NCBI RefSeq assembly: GCF_006345805.1
Contig: NW_021836142.1
Coordinates: 186,001 to 250,000 of the forward strand
Source: Octopus sinensis
Taxonomy: Eukaryota
Direction of reading: 5' to 3'
DNA: 64,000 bases
This document shows positions 63,538 through 64,000 of the stretch, one piece after another (within the stretch, counting starts at the first letter, position 1; every line of letters begins with the position of its first letter). The translations under genes and the position numbers were made by a program. The notes below the pieces were generated by a model. The model searched no databases, was not told where the DNA came from, and worked only from the letters and a program-made list of their open reading frames with translations.

Positions 63538-64000
63538 TATGGCAGAATTGTTAGCCCACAGGGCCAACTGCTTGGCGGTATTTCGGCACCTTTACTTTCT
63601 GAGTACAAATTCTGCTGAAGTCAACTTTGCTTTTCCTCCTTTTGGGGTTGAAAAAATAAATACCAGTTGAGCACTGGGGTCAATGTAATTGACTAACACC
63701 CCTCCTTCAAATTTGCTGGTTTTGGGCCAAAATTTGAAACCATCATCATCATCATCATCATTATTATTTATTAATTAAGACAACAAGCTGGCAGAATCAT
63801 CAGCATGCTGGAGATATGCCAAGAGGTATTTTGTCCATCTGCATTTTCATATTCTGCTGAGGTCGACTTTGCCTTCCATCTTTTCGAGGGTCGATAAATA
63901 AAGTACCAGTGAAACACTGGGGTCAATGTAACTGACTAGTCCCCTCCCATAAAATTTCAGACCTTAGGCCTATAGTAGAAAGGATTATTATTATTATTGT
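63538..64000 (+). mobile_element. Two adjacent Nin/Deu-domain SINEs (about 63538-63725 and 63785-64000)
   Basis: tRNA-like heads (TGGCAGAAT..TTAGC) and GACTTTGCCTTCCATC domain. Confidence 0.8.

Overview
AT-rich, repeat-dense eukaryotic non-coding DNA, most likely cephalopod (Octopus-like). That assignment is inferred from the SINE families and the heavy (TA)n/(TG)n load. I find no intact protein-coding gene; nearly all ORF-track entries are microsatellite or SINE artefacts. Contents: many tRNA-headed SINEs (CORE-type and Nin/Deu-type); RTE-tail repeats; decayed RTE and CR1/L2-like LINE fragments; Tc1/mariner remnants; piggyBac and hAT MITEs; Helitron-like elements; a 5S rRNA pseudogene; and a 28S rRNA fragment inserted in a SINE. 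The most striking signal is a set of type I hammerhead ribozyme motifs in Penelope-like terminal repeats. One is fully paired (20157-20240) and two sit in a 274-bp tandem dimer that resembles a retrozyme (12935-13486). All the motifs I could recognise are on the + strand. The window also holds many long fold-back palindromes and an unexplained GC-rich segment at about 26.7-26.9 kb. SINE and LINE boundaries are approximate. All calls are by eye.
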